From: Tubiluchus corallicola
Taxonomy: Eukaryota; Animalia; Priapulida
Direction: 5' to 3'
Assembly: GCA_030141605.1 (NCBI GenBank)
Contig: JAQGDQ010000695.1
Span: forward strand, 1-64,000
Length of the DNA: 64,000 nucleotides
Part shown: piece after piece, positions 1-14,266 of the stretch
Layout of the letters: each line of letters opens with the position of its first letter
How positions within the stretch are numbered: the first letter of the stretch is position 1
The notes under the pieces: model-generated
Told to the model about the DNA's origin: nothing
The model's database searches: none
What the model saw: only the letters and a program-made list of their open reading frames with translations
Program-made: the position numbers and the translations under genes

Positions 1-351
1 TATGTTTGTTCTTATCTTGTGTACTATGTTTGTTCTTATCTTGTGTACTATGTTTGTTCTTATCTTGTGTACTATGTTTGTTCTTATCTTGTGTACTATG
101 TTTGTTCTTATCTTGTGTACTATGTTTGTTCTTATCTTGTGTACTATGTTTGTTCTTATCTTGTGTACTATGTTTGTTCTTATCTTGTATGCTATGTTTG
201 TTCTTATCTTGTGTGCTATGTTTGTTCTTATCTTGTGTACTATGTTTGTTCTTATCTTGTGTACTATGTTTGTTCTTATCTTGTGTACTATGTTTGTTCT
301 TATCTTGTGTACTATGTTTGTTATTATCTTGTGTACTATGTTTGTTATTAT
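1..351. repeat. 24-bp tandem repeat, ~14.5 copies
   Basis: TATGTTTGTTCTTATCTTGTGTAC repeated; truncated by the window start. Confidence 0.97.
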
Positions 352-642
352 TGGAAACATGGAGCATTTTGCAATTCATAAGAAGTAGGGCACGTTATGT
401 TGATATCAGCAATCTAACTAATCCACTTAAGTCTTCATTGCCAGAAATAAAAGCAAGTTATGAATCATGGTGGACGAATATTACTACATCAGTCTAATTA
501 CAATTGGATAAATAATTAATCCCATATTCCGATGGGAGAATTGAAATAAGGACCCTCAAACTAGGGTAGTAGATTATACAAACCAGTGCATAGAAATAGG
601 TACACTGGAATAACAACAACAAATAAAGCGCCACGTGACGAC

Positions 643-2437
643 AAGCCTTGATACTAATGAAAAAAAGGAAGCTAAATTAATGTGACGTCACTGGTGAATG
701 GAGCCAAGCCTTGATACTAATGAAAACAGTAAGCTAAATTAATGTGACGTCACTGGTGAATGGAGCCAAGCCTTGATACTAATGAAAACAGTAAGCTAAA
801 TTAATGTGACGTCACCGGTGAATGGAGCCAAGCCTTGACACTAATGAAAACAGTAAGCTAAATTAATGTGACGTCACCGGTGAATGCAGCCAAGCCTTGA
901 TACTAATGAAAACAGTAAGCTAAATTAATGTGACGTCACTGGTGAATGGAGCCAAGCCTTGATACTAATGAAAACAGTAAGCTAAATTAATGTGACGTCA
1001 CTGGTGAATGGAGCCAAGCCTTGATACTAATGAAAACAGTAAGCTAAATTAATGTGACGTAACCGGTGAATGGAGCCAAGCCTTAACACTAATGAAAACA
1101 GTAAGCTAAATTAATGTGACGTTACTGGTGAATGGAGCCAAGCCTTGATACTAATGAAAACAGTAAGCTAAATTAATGTGACGTTACTGGTGAATGGAGC
1201 CAAGCCTTGATACTAATGAAAAAAAGGAAGCTAAATTAATGTGACGTCATGGGTGAATGGAGCCAAGCCTTGATACTAATGAAAAAAAGGAAGCTAAATT
1301 AATGTGACGTCATGGGTGAATGGAGCCAAGCCTTGATACTAATGAAAACAGTAAGCTAAATTAATGTGACGTCACTGGTGAATGGAGCCAAGCCTTGATA
1401 CTAATGAAAACAGTAAGCTAAATTAATGTGACGTCACCGGTGAATGGAGCCAAGCCTTGACACTAATGAAAACAGTAAGCTAAATTAATGTGACGTCACC
1501 GGTGAATGCAGCCAAGCCTTGATACTAATGAAAACAGTAAGCTAAATTAATGTGACGTCACTGGTGAATGGAGCCAAGCCTTGATACTAATGAAAACAGT
1601 AAGCTAAATTAATGTGACGTCACTGGTGAATGGAGCCAAGCCTTGATACTAATGAAAACAGTAAGCTAAATTAATGTGACGTCACTGGTGAATGGAGCCA
1701 AGCCTTGATACTAATGAAAACAGTAAGCTAAATTAATGTGACGTCACTGGTGAATGGAGCCAAGCCTTGATACTAATGAAAACAGTAAGCTAAATTAATG
1801 TGACGTAACCGGTGAATGGAGCCAAGCCTTAACACTAATGAAAACAGTAAGCTAAATTAATGTGACGTTACTGGTGAATGGAGCCAAGCCTTGATACTAA
1901 TGAAAACAGTAAGCTAAATTAATGTGACGTTACTGGTGAATGGAGCCAAGCCTTGATACTAATGAAAACAGTAAGCTAAATTAATGTGACGTCACTGGTG
2001 AATGGAGCCAAGCCTTGACACTAATGAAAACAGTAAGCTAAATTAATGTGACGTCACGGGTGAATGGAGCCAAGCCTTGACACTAATGAAAACAGTAAGC
2101 TAAATTAATGTGACGTCACTGGTGAATGGAGCCAAGCCCTAACACTAATGAAAACAGTAAGCTAAATTAATGTGACGTCACCGGTGAATGGAGCCAAGCC
2201 TTGACACTAATGAAAACAGTAAGCTAAATTAATGTGACGTCACTGGTGAATGGAGCCAAGCCTTGATACTAATGAAAACAGTAAGCTAAATTAATGTGAC
2301 GTCACTGGTGAATGGAGCCAAGCCTTGATACTAATGAAAACAGTAAGCTAAATTAATGTGACGTCACCGGTGAATGCAGCCAAGCCCTAACACTAATGAA
2401 AAACAATGAAGCTAATTACTGTGACGTCACTGGTGAA
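643..2437. repeat. 62-bp tandem repeat, ~29 copies, with palindromic GTGACGTCAC
   Basis: AAGCCTTGATACTAATGAAAACAGTAAGCTAAATTAATGTGACGTCACTGGTGAATGGAGCC; inverted copies at 2686-2853. Confidence 0.96.
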
Positions 2438-3007
2438 ATGCAATCTAAGGAATTTCAAACCCCTTTACGAATGTGTAAAAATGAACATTATATACACGAA
2501 AGAGCCAGCTTCTGCGAATCACTGACAAACGATCTTTTTGGCTATTGAAGCCATTATCAAACCATAAATGAAGCCAGAAAGAAGAAGAAATAAAACATTA
2601 ATGATGCAAAGACGCAAACTGAAACTACCAAACAACAGATTAGAATTTAACTTATCAAAATAAGCTTGGTTGTAACCAAGTTTCCCCAGTGACGTCACAG
2701 TAATTGACTTCATTTTTTTCGATTAGAATCAGGGCTTGGCGCCGTCCACCAGTGACGTCACATTAATTTAGCTTACTGTTTTCATTAGTGTTAGGGCTTG
2801 GCTCCATCCACCAGTGACGTCACATTAATTTAGCTTACTGTTTTCATTAGTGTATCGGAAGAAATTGCAGATAAATGTGCAAAATTTTTACCTAACACAT
2901 GAGAACCAGAAAAGAACACAAACCAAGTCGACATAATGAACAACCACGGCAGCATTTATACGAATATCGTCGTGCAATAAACATGTTGAAATAAACGTTT
3001 CTCTTAG

Positions 3008-3703
3008 TTAAAGGATAAGACAAGGGGCACCTGAAGCACCTGAAAAATCGCCTTAAAATTATATTACTTTATAGCAATTTTGTGCGTATATCTTACTCGC
3101 ATCGAAAGGAATTTTAGTTTGTTTTCATTTTAAATCTCCCGCAATACTGTTCCGAAGTCGCCATTACATGACGTCATATACCAAACGTAAATCTAGGGAT
3201 TTGTAGGGAAGAAAGGGAAATGTTAAATTATGTCCCAAAAGACTTTCCTTGCAAATCTGTATTACTTAGATTTTCGCTTACCTACTAGAAAGACTTATGT
3301 AACAAGAAAAGAAAATTATTAATTCTTTAAAAAGTTTTCACCAATTAGTAAAATATCGCTGACTCACCCTCCAGGGTGCACCACTTACTAACCAAAACAC
3401 GTATTTTTAATCTTATTGACAAGATACAGTAATTTTAAATTTTATTTAGTTAGTGACGTGTGCGGTACGAATGCTCTGATTATTTTTTCAAACTTTACAA
3501 AATGTTGTCTAAACTTGTTTCAAATGACCTGTCGTGAAAATGGCTGCATCTAATGGTCATCGCGGGAGTTTAAATTTACATGTTTTATACAGCGTTACTG
3601 CCGATTGAAGTCCTGCATGCAAAAAGGCAGTACGTAAGTGATATAAAATTTCAAAACGAAATTTTCAAGCTTTATGTTTATGAAGGATTTTCTTGTGCTT
3701 TAA
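3008..3703 (+). mobile_element. Non-autonomous DNA transposon with TTAA ends (Kolobok-like MITE), copy 1
   Basis: TTAA-AGGATAAG...CTTGTGCT-TTAA; body is the reverse complement of ~10820-11451. Confidence 0.7.
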
Positions 3704-4090
3704 AGAACCCTGATTAGTGCTGGACTAGTGCTGTAGTTGTACTTTAAAGAACCCTGATTAGTGCTGGACTAGTGCTGTAGTTGTACTTTAAGGACCCTGA
3801 TTAGTGCTGGACTAGTGCTGTAGTTGTACTTTAAAAACCCTGATTAGTGCTGGACTAGTGCTGCAGTTGTACTTTAAGAACCCTGATTAGTGCTGGACTA
3901 GTGCTGTAGTTGTACTTCAAAAACCCTGATTAGTGCTGGACTAGTGCTGTAGTTGTACTTCAAAAACCCTGATTAGTGCTGGACTAGTGCTGTAGTTGTA
4001 CTTTAAAAACCCTGATTAGTGCTGGACTAGTGCTGTAGTTGTACTTTAAGAACCCTGATTAGTGCTGTACTAATGCTGTAGTTGTACTTT
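3693..4090. repeat. 43-44-bp tandem repeat, ~9 copies
   Basis: AACCCTGATTAGTGCTGGACTAGTGCTGTAGTTGTACTTTAAG. Confidence 0.95.
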
Positions 4091-4874
4091 CACTGAACTA
4101 ACCAACTCGAGGGTTTAGTAATCACAACTATATTATATCATCTTATATTATCTTTATATTATGCGAAACTGTATATAACGTACCGCAAGCTGCAGCCTAC
4201 TTGATGCATAATCATCACATATGTATCATTACGATAACTGCAACAGCAAACATGCAGCCCGGTTACAGCCGATCAACTCACCTACCAGCTAACCGACCAA
4301 TCAACAACAAAACGCAGTTATTTAGTGTAAATTTTCTGAAAAAAATATTAGAACTAATCTTGTGCCTGGGGCTGTAACTATTAAATAAACACTTGTGAAT
4401 TAAATTCACTGTGCAGAATTAGCTGCATCAGCGGCATTGAACCACCAGACACTTTTAATCTTGTAGATTAAAATGATGATATTACGGACATAAAACGATA
4501 AACACATAAACTGCAATTTAACGAAAATTTCAAAAACCGAAGACTAATTACATTAATTAATCAACACGACGTGGATCGTCAGGTGAAACTGTTTTTTTTT
4601 GTTTTGTTTTTTATCACGATTCACTTTAAATTTTCAGATTATTTCCATTACTTTTTCTCTATCACTGTGTGGGACAATCTAACAAGCCCTGCTTTTTGAT
4701 TGCCCGCAACACATTTACCTTCGTGTATAAGTGAACAGTGTTTGAGGCTTTTCCTGTGCAGTATTTCTTATTTGTATTATATCCATTGTAGGCCCTTTCA
4801 CTAGATATTGTACATGTAACCATTGTAAATGTGTAAGGTGAAATAAATGACTTATGACTTATGAATAAACGTAC

Positions 4875-4933
4875 CTTATCTCTCTCGCTTCAAATACCGT
4901 CTTCTCGAACGACCTGCGAAACGTGTTCAACAT
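4875..4933 (-). CDS. Candidate first coding exon of an unknown gene running toward/off the left edge
   Basis: gaaaATG-MLNTFRRSFEKTVFEAREI, donor AG|gtacgt, with CpG-richer unique sequence upstream (4980-5160). No homology recognised. Confidence 0.3.
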
Positions 4934-5159
4934 TTTCACACAATTTTGACTAGCAACTACAAGTCCGGTACAAGAAAAACATTCCTCAGCGTCCGGTCAG
5001 TACCAGAAACCCGCGCGTGAGGGGGTAGCACGTCCATGCACCCCGCTACAATACGGCTAGTATCAAGAACATAGACTAGCAACCGTTCAAAAACTCGGGA
5101 CTGCCAAATGAATTACATGCAATCTAAACGGTGACATAGCTGCGCACGTAAGACGTGCT

Positions 5160-5990
5160 GAAGAAGCCATTTCACTCGCCAGGGGTGGACGCACTGGAGA
5201 GAAGCCATTTCATTCATTGGGGGGTAGACGCATGGGGATGAGAAGCCATTTCATTTATGGGGGTGGATGCACTGCAAAAGAAACCCTTGTATTCACTAGG
5301 ACGTGAACGCACTGGAAGAGAAGCCCTTGTATTCACTAGGATGTGGATGCACTGGAAGAGAAGCCCTTGTATTCACTAGGATGTGGATGCACTGGAAGAG
5401 AAGCCCTTGTATTCACTAGGACGTGAACGCACTGGAAGAGAAGCCCTTGTATTCACTAGGATGTGAACGCACTGGAAGAGAAGCCCTTGTATTCACTAGG
5501 ATGTGGATGCACTGGAAGAGAAGCCCTTGTATTCACTAGGATGTGGATGCACTGGAAGAGAAGCCCTTGTGTTCACTAGGACGTGAACGCACTGGAAGAG
5601 AAGCCCTTGTATTCACTAGGATGTGGATGCACTGGAAGAGAAGCCCTTGTATTCACTAGGATGTGGATGCACTGGAAGAGAAGCCCTTGTATTCACTAGG
5701 ACGTGGATGCACTGGAAGAGAAGCCCTTGTATTCACTAGGATGTGGATGCACTGGAAGAGAAGCGCTTGTATTCACTAGGATGTGGATGCACTGGAAAAG
5801 AAGCCCTTGTATTCACTAGGACGTGGATGCACTGGAAGAGAAGCCCTTTTATTCACTAGGATGTGGATGCACTGGAAGAGAAGCCCTTGTATTCACTAGG
5901 ATGTGGATGCACTGGAAGAGAAGCCCTTGTATTCACTAGGATGTGGATGCACTGGAAAAGAAGTCTTTTACTCACCAGGAGCAGATCCAC
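5160..5990. repeat. 40-bp tandem repeat, ~17 regular plus degenerate copies
   Basis: GAAGAGAAGCCCTTGTATTCACTAGGATGTGGATGCACTG. Confidence 0.95.
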
Positions 5991-5994
5991 TGGA

Positions 5995-8775
5995 AGAGAA
6001 GCCACTTCACTCACTAAGGTGCAAGCCATTTCATTCACTAACGTGGATTAATTCACTAACTGGAAACCATTTCACCCACTAGGCAGACACACCAGAAGCC
6101 TTTTCACTCACCAAGGTACACACACTAGAAGCCATTTCACTCACCAAGGTGGACACACTAGAAGCCATTTCACTCACCAAGGTGGACACACTAGAAGCCA
6201 TTTCACTCACCAAGGTGGACACACCAGAAGCCATTTCACTCACCAAGGTGGACACACCAGAAGCCATTTCACTCACCAAGGTGGACACACCAGAAGCCAT
6301 TTCACTCACCAAGGTGGACACACTAGAAGCCATTTCACCCACTAGGCAGACACACCAGAAGCCATTTCACTCACCAAGGTGGACACACCAGAAGCCATTT
6401 CACTCACCAAGGTGGACACACCAGAAGCCATTTCACTCACCAAGGTGGACACACCAGAAGCCATTTCACTCACCAAGGTGGACACACTGGAAGCCATTTC
6501 ACTCACCAAGGTGGACACACCAGAAGCCATTTCACTCACCAAGGTGGACACACTAGAAGCCATTTCACTCACCAAGGTGGACACACCAGAAGCCATTTCA
6601 CTCACCAAGGTGGACACACTAGAAGCCTTTTCACTCACCAAGGTGGACACACTAAAAGCAATTTCACTCACCAAGGCGGACACACTAGAACCCTTTTCAC
6701 TCACCAAGGTGGACACACTAAAAGCAATTTCACTCACCAAGGTGGACACACTAAAAGCAATTTCACTCACCAAGGCGGACACACTAGAACCATTTTCACT
6801 CACCAAGGTGGACACACTAAAAGCAATTTCACTCACCAAGGTGGACACACTAAAAGCCATTTCACTCACCAAGGTGGACACACTAGAAGCCATTTCACTC
6901 ACCAAGGTGGACACACTAGAAGCCATTTCACTCACCAAGGTGGACACACCAGAAGCCATTTCACTCACCAAGGTGGACACACTAGAAGCCATTTCACTCA
7001 CCAAGGTGGACACACTAGAAGCCATTTCACTCACCAAGGTGGACACACTAGAAGCCATTTCACTCACCAAGGTGGACACACTAGAAGCCATTTCACTCAC
7101 CAAGGTGGACACACTAGAAGCCATTTCACTCACCAAGGTGGACACACTAGAAGCCATTTCACTCACCAAGGTGGACACACTAGAAGCCATTTCATCACCA
7201 AGGTGGACACACCAGAAGCCATTTCACTCACCAGGTGGACACACCAGAAGCCATTTCACTCACCAAGGTGGACACACTAGAAGCCATTTCACTCACCAAG
7301 GTGGACACACTAGAAGCCATTTCACTCACCAAGGTGGACACACTAGAAGCCATTTCACTCACCAAGGTGGACACACTAGAAGCCATTTCACTCACCAAGG
7401 TGGACACACCAGAAGCCATTTCACTCACCAAGGTGGACACACTAGAAGCCATTTCACTCACCAAGGTGGACACACTAGAAGCCATTTCACTCACCAAGGT
7501 GGACACACTAGAAGCCATTTCACTCACCAAGGTGGACACACTAGAAGCCATTTCACTCACCAAGGTGGACACACTAGAAGCCATTTCACTCACCAAGGTG
7601 GACACACTAGAAGCCATTTCACTCACCAAGGTGGACACACTGAAGCCATTTCACTCACCAAGGTGGACACATGAAGCCATTTCACTCACCAAGGTGGACA
7701 CACTAGAAGCCATTTCACTCAAGGTGGACACACCAGAAGCCATTCACTCACCAAGGTGGACACACTAACAGCAATTTCACTCACCAAGGTGGACACACCA
7801 GAAGCCATTTCACTCACCAAGGTGGACACACCAGAAGCCATTTCACTCACCAAGGTGGACACACTAGAAGCCATTTCACTCACCAAGGTGGACACACTAG
7901 AAGCCATTTCACTCACCAAGGTACACACACTAGAAGCCATTTCACTCACCACCAAGGTGAACACACGAGATGCCATTTCCATGCACCAAGGTACACACAC
8001 CAGAAGCCATCTCACTCACTAAGGTGCAAGCCATTTCATTCACTAACGTGGATTAATTCACTAACTGGAAACCATTTCACCCACTAGGCAGACACACTAG
8101 AAGCCATTTCACTCACCAAGGTACACACACCAGAAGCCATCTCACTCACTAAGGTGGACACACTAGAAGCCATTTCACTCACCAAGGTGGACACACTAGA
8201 AGCCATTTCACTCACCAAGGTGGACACACTAGAAGCCATTTCACTCACCAAGGTACACACACTAGAAGCCATTTCACTCACACCAAGGTGGACACACTAG
8301 ATGCCATTTCCATGCACCAAGGTACACACACCAGAAGCCATCTCACTCACTAAGGTGCAAGCCATTTCATTCACTAACGTGGATTAATTCACTAACTGGA
8401 AACCATTTCACCCACTAGGCAGACACACTAGAAGCCATTTCACTCACCACCAAGGTGAACACACCAGAAGCCATTTCCATGCACCAAGGTACACACACCA
8501 GAAGCCATTTCACTCACCACCAAGGTGAACACACGAGAAGCCATTTCACTCACCACCAAGGTGCACACACCAGAAGCCTTTTCACTCACCAAGGTACACA
8601 CACCAGAAGCCATCTCACTCACTAAGGTGGACACACTAGAACCCCTTTTCACTCACCACCAAGGTGCACACACCAGAAGCCTTTTCACTCACCAAGGTAG
8701 ACACACTAAAAGCAATTTCACTCACCAAGGTGGACACACTAGAACCCCTTTTCACTCACCACCAAGGTGGACACA
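5995..8775. repeat. 33-bp minisatellite, ~80 copies
   Basis: GAAGCCATTTCACTCACCAAGGTGGACACACTA; generates spurious EAISLTKVDT and SEMASSVSTLV ORFs. Confidence 0.97.
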
Positions 8776-9280
8776 ATGCCTGACCATTAAAGTATCTACA
8801 TGTAGCATAAGAAACCACTCCAAATCACTTAACAATGCACCACAATACTGAGTTAACAATGCACCACAATGCCAGGACATTCAGACGTGGTGAGAAATGA
8901 CAACAGATCCTGCAGAAATGCACCACAATGCACCACCAGAAATGCACCACAATACTGAATCAAACAGGAAACCACCCCAAATCTCAACGTCTTATTACCA
9001 AAGAGACACCCCCCGTCTCCAATTGCTACACGGCACCAGCATACAACAGTTACTTAACGAAAGCAGTAGGTGGGCTGTGAATATTCTAAGCACAGCTAAT
9101 TTATCACAAGTGAATTAATTAGCTTCCCAAGGCAACTGCACACGATACTAATTAATGAGAGATGGTATAACCTTGAGCAAATACATGTGCAACAGCAGCG
9201 TGCCTAGACTTCCAGCAAATACCAATTAGCTATTGAATAATTATTTGAAATAATTGGTAGACGTTCAGAGTAGAATAGAC

Positions 9281-10711
9281 CCATCAATTAAAAACTGCTC
9301 TCAATTTGAAATCAACAATTTAAAGGACAATTCAACACAAAATTGATTTAATGTTGCCCTCCAATCAATTAAAAACTGCTCTAATTTGAAATCAACAATT
9401 TAAAGGACAATTCAACACAAAATTGATTTAATGTTGTCCTCCAATCAATTAAAAACTACTCTAATTTGCAACAATTTAAAGGACAATTCAACACAAAATT
9501 GATTTAATGTTGCCCTCCAATCAATTAAAAACTGCTCTAATTTGAAATCAACAATTTAAAGGACAATTCAACACAAAATTGATTTAATGTTGTCCTCCAA
9601 TCAATTAAAAACTACTCTAATTTGCAACAATTTAAAGGACAATTCAACACAAAATTGATTTAATGTTGCCCTCCAATCAATTAAAAACTGCTCTAATTTG
9701 AAATCAACAATTTAAAGGACAATTCAACACAAAATTGATTTAATGTTGCCCTCCAATCGATTAAAAACTGCTCTAATTTGAAATCAACAATTTAAAGGAC
9801 AATTCAACACAAAATTGATTTAATGTTGTCCTCCAATCAATTAAAAACTGCTCTAATTTGAAATCAACAATTTAAAGGACAATTCAACACAAAATTGATT
9901 TAATGTTGTCCTCCAATCAATTAAAAACTGCTCTAATTTGAAATCAACAATTTAAAGGACAATTCAACACAAAATTGATTTAATGTTGCCCTCCAATCAA
10001 TTAAAAACTGCTCTAATTTGAAATCAACAATTTAAAGGACACTTCAACACAAAATTGATTTAATGTTGTCCTCCAATCGATTAAAAACTGCTCTAATTTG
10101 AAATCAACAATTTAAAGGACAATTCAACACAAAATTGATTTAATGTTGTCCTCCAATCAATTAAAAACTGCTCTAATTTGAAATCAACAATTTAAAGGAC
10201 AATTCAACACAAAATTGATTTAATGTTGTCCTCCCATCAATTAAAAACTACTCTAATTTGCAACAATTTAAAGGACAATTCAACACAAAATTGATTTAAT
10301 GTTGCCCTCCAATCAATTAAAAACTGCTCTAATTTGAAACCAACAATTTAAAGGACAATTCAACACAAAATTGATTTAATGTTGCCCTCCAATCAATTAA
10401 ACTTACTCTAATTTGAAATCAACAATTTAAAGGACAATTCAACACAAAATTGATTTAATGTTGCCCTCCAATCAATTAAAAACTGCTCTAATTTGAAATC
10501 AACAATTTAAAGGACAATTCAACACAAAATTGATTTAATGTTGCCCTCCAATCAATTAAACTTACTCTAATTTGAAATCAACAATTTAAAGCACAATTCA
10601 ACACAAAATTGACTTGATGTTGCCCCCCAATCAATTAAAAACTGCTCTAATTCGAAATCAACAAATTTAAAGGACAATTCAACACAAAATTGATTTAGTG
10701 CTGGCCTCCAA
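9281..10711. repeat. 80-bp (76-bp variant) tandem repeat, ~18 copies
   Basis: TTAAAGGACAATTCAACACAAAATTGATTTAATGTTGCCCTCCAATCAATTAAAAACTGCTCTAATTTGAAATCAACAAT. Confidence 0.96.
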
Positions 10712-11451
10712 TATGACGTAAGAACTTTATTATAAACTTGATTCGACTGGTCTCACTGGTAAAAGATTGAGAACTTTTGTTGTTTTGTTATTCGTTAATT
10801 GTGTTAAAATGTTTTGAAATTTCATACCACTTACATACAGCCTTTTTGCGTGTAGGACTTCAATCGGCAGTAACGCTGTATAAAACATGTGAATTTAAAC
10901 TCCCGCGATGACCGTTGGACGCAGCCATTTTCACGACAGGTCATTTGTAACAAGTTTAGACAACATTTTGTAAAGTTTGAAAATATAATCAGAGCATTCG
11001 TAGTGCACAAGTCGCTAACTAAATAAAATTTAAAATTACTGTATCTTGTCAATAAGATTAAAAATACATATTTTGGTAAGTGAGTGGTGCACCCTGGAGG
11101 GTGAGTCAGCGACATTTTACTGGTGAAAACGTTTTAAATAATTAATAATTTTCTTTTCTAGTTACATAAGTCTTTCAAGGAGGTAAACGAAAATCTAAGT
11201 AATATAGTTTTGCACGGAAAGTCTTTTGAGACATAATTTAACATTGCTTTTTCTTCCCTTGATTTACGTTTGGTATATGACGTCATGTAATGGCGACTTC
11301 GGAACAATATTGCGGGAGATTTAAAATGAAAACAAACTAAAATTCCTTTCAGTGCGAGTAAGATATACGCATAAAATTGCTATAAAGTAGTATAAATTTT
11401 AAGACAATTTTTCTCAAACGAACTTCAGGTGCCCCTTTTCTTGTCCTTTAA
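10667..11451 (-). mobile_element. Kolobok-like MITE, copy 2 (inverted)
   Basis: Perfect ends TTAAAGGACAA...TTGTCCTTTAA; homologous to 3008-3703. Confidence 0.72.
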
Positions 11452-13102
11452 GGAAATAGTAAGAAAAATGATTTAAAATGCAGTAAACATTGGTAGGCGG
11501 GGTTCCCCAGACCCCCTAGCTGCTTTTTCGTTGGGCCCACCCCTTTTCTAAAGCCTGTATCCACCTCTGTTACACAATAGTGACGACGTCTCCATTGTAA
11601 TTGATTGGTAATAGAAAAACAATAAAAAATATTAAAAATAATTAATAAGCAAATTTAATAAAATCTAAAAAGTTATGAAACAATCCGAGAAACGAAATGA
11701 AACCATTTTTGCCACCGTCTCAAAAACTACCTCCCTACATTCTCTAGAGATTCATTTTAATAATCATAATTTTTACTCAAAGATAATATTACATACATAA
11801 TTTTACATTTTTTGGCAAAAAACTCACCAGTCTTTTGACTTGAATCATCACGCACTGTGACTCACAACACAAAAGACCAGATGAAGAATCTTGCTAAGAT
11901 AATTTTGGATGTCCATTTGAGAATCTAGACTCCTACGCATTGCTTTAAATCCAGCAGAGTAATCACTCTACAGCTCTTTTACAGCTGTCTATGCGCTGCG
12001 TCTGCCCGTGTTAAACTTTAGCCAAGGATCATAAACTGAAACCCATCTCCTATAGTCGTAAATTACTGATATGACTGTTTGCAAACAGATAGTAGACAAC
12101 TCTTATGACTTTCATTTAAGCAATGGACACAGCGTGCAGAATAAGAGACCACGAGCTGGGGTAGTTGCGCCAGTCATGCAGCCTCGGCTGATACACAGCA
12201 AGACTATTATAGTTAAAACAACACGACTTCATTAAAAACTTCATAAAATTAACGAAATTAATAAAACACTTAATTATAAACGTTTTTAGGTGGCTGTAAT
12301 AAAAAATTAGCAAGACTATCATTTTTTGTAGATATTAAGATAAAAAACTAAAATTTTTGGCCTATAAATAATCCGATCCACCCACTGAACTCAAGCCATT
12401 CGCTTTGTTTTACTAAAACCAACACCTTTAGTTCATTTAGATGGGTGCTTCAACCGACAAAAGCATCTAAGTCAACAAACAATGTGAAAAGGCAACACAT
12501 TGTTTTTCTAACAATGATTATGGTGAAAGAATCATTACAATGGACGCCTAATTTCAACACTTTTTCGGCCATTCGTATTCAGATGCCAAGCAGAGTGGGT
12601 GGCACCTTGAAAATCGAATCTCCAACAAGTTGGCACTACTATGCCTACACCTTCCGTTTTTGTCACAAGGTGGCAGCAGCATCCTGAAATCACGCCCTGG
12701 CTTGGCAATGATCTCAAAGTTCGAAATTGTGAATTCAAAACGTTGTACAGTCGTGTTTCACAGTCAAAATGTAGCACTGCACACCGCACAAAATCACAAT
12801 TACAGCAGCAATGGGCAAACATGTGTGAACCACTCGAAAATTTTCCCCAGTTGTGACGTCATCATTAGTTATACACATAGTTGTGCACGGTGCTCATTCA
12901 GTAATCAAGTCTCTAAGTTGACATTTAACCGTCAGAAACAGTTTGGTGACTACGGTGGGTAACAAACTTTACATTTTAGATGCTACTGCTAGGTCGAAGT
13001 AGAAAAGGGTCTGAAAAATCGTTCTGCTTTCCTTTAATTTTCCTGCAAATCTCTCAGCGAAGAAAGTGTGTAAAAACAATGAGGCCCAAAAAAAACCAAG
13101 TA

Positions 13103-13306
13103 TTTGACTTTGACCTTTAACCTTTACCGCATTATGGATAGGCATTTCTGTAATGATTAATGGTACAAAGATCTAGAAATCACAACAAACTGTTTTGACT
13201 TTGACCTTTAACCTTTACTGCATTATGGATAGGCATTTCTGTAATGATTACTGGTACAAAGATCTAGAAATCACAACCAACTGTTTTGACTTTGACCTTT
13301 AACCTT
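13103..13306. repeat. 91-bp tandem duplication, ~2.3 copies
   Basis: TTTGACTTTGACCTTTAACCTT... at 13103, 13194 and 13285. Confidence 0.85.
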
Positions 13307-14266
13307 CGCCAATAAAACAACAGTCTGGACCTGTTTGTTACTTCCCCAATAACAGGTGCATTTCTATGTTTATCTAAAAATGGTTTATGTTTATCTAATC
13401 AAGAATAAAAAGTTTTTTAAGTTTGGTAAATAAACAAAATTGTGTCTGTCAGATGTAAATAGTTTTACCTAGCCTAAGTGAGTCTAGACTCAGAGTATAC
13501 CAGATTACTTTTTGTTTACTGATATAGATTCTACTGATATACATCAGTATAAAGTACATATCAAAAAGCCAATAAACATGCATTAAGTACAGAAACAAGC
13601 TAAGATCTCATTCGTGGCCTAGCAATACAGTACGTGAGTTACAAGTGGCAATGTATGAATATAGTAACTCATTTTCAATACGTAAATAAACAAAGTTTTC
13701 GACATTATATGGAAAAATATGAAACTGTAAAATTCAGATTGTTGAAATCTTACACGCTTTCAACAGACTAAATGCACGACATAAACTTACATTTTAGCAA
13801 AAATTATGAACAAGACAATAGAACATTTGTTCTACGTATGTCATGTGATATACATATTAACAAAATTGTGAATTTAATGTTGCTAACAATTAAACTTCAA
13901 ATTGTTTTACTTTAGCACGTAGATGTGCCCTACTAGAAGCAAAACATACTATGACAGTGCTGGAACAGACCTACACCATGATCTTGCATGCTTAACCCAT
14001 AGGACGTAGGACAGAAACACAGACAAACACTAAGCAATTAGGCTGCCTACAAATTACGATTCCATACTACCGGACAACAATACGCATTTCCAATTATTAT
14101 AAGGCAATTAGCCGGAAATACACGTATACAAACAAATATAAATGCCGAAAGGTTATCCCAGCTACAACTTGCATCTAAATTCTACCTAATGTGCTTGCGG
14201 CATATTACAAAGCACCATTTAACGACATAAGAGCAGATGAGACCGGACAACAGGACACCAATGACG

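Noticed and set aside
2-497. Three-frame repetitive ORFs
   Set aside because: 24-bp tandem repeat lacking stop codons
6079-8851. Long ORFs (up to 431 aa) of EAISLTKVDT/SEMASSVSTLV repeats
   Set aside because: By-product of a 33-bp minisatellite; open on both strands, frameshifted, no unique flanking coding sequence
11828-12036. Minus-strand exon-like segment (ttcag acceptor, gtgagt donor)
   Set aside because: Stops in all three frames; cannot be supported without transcript data
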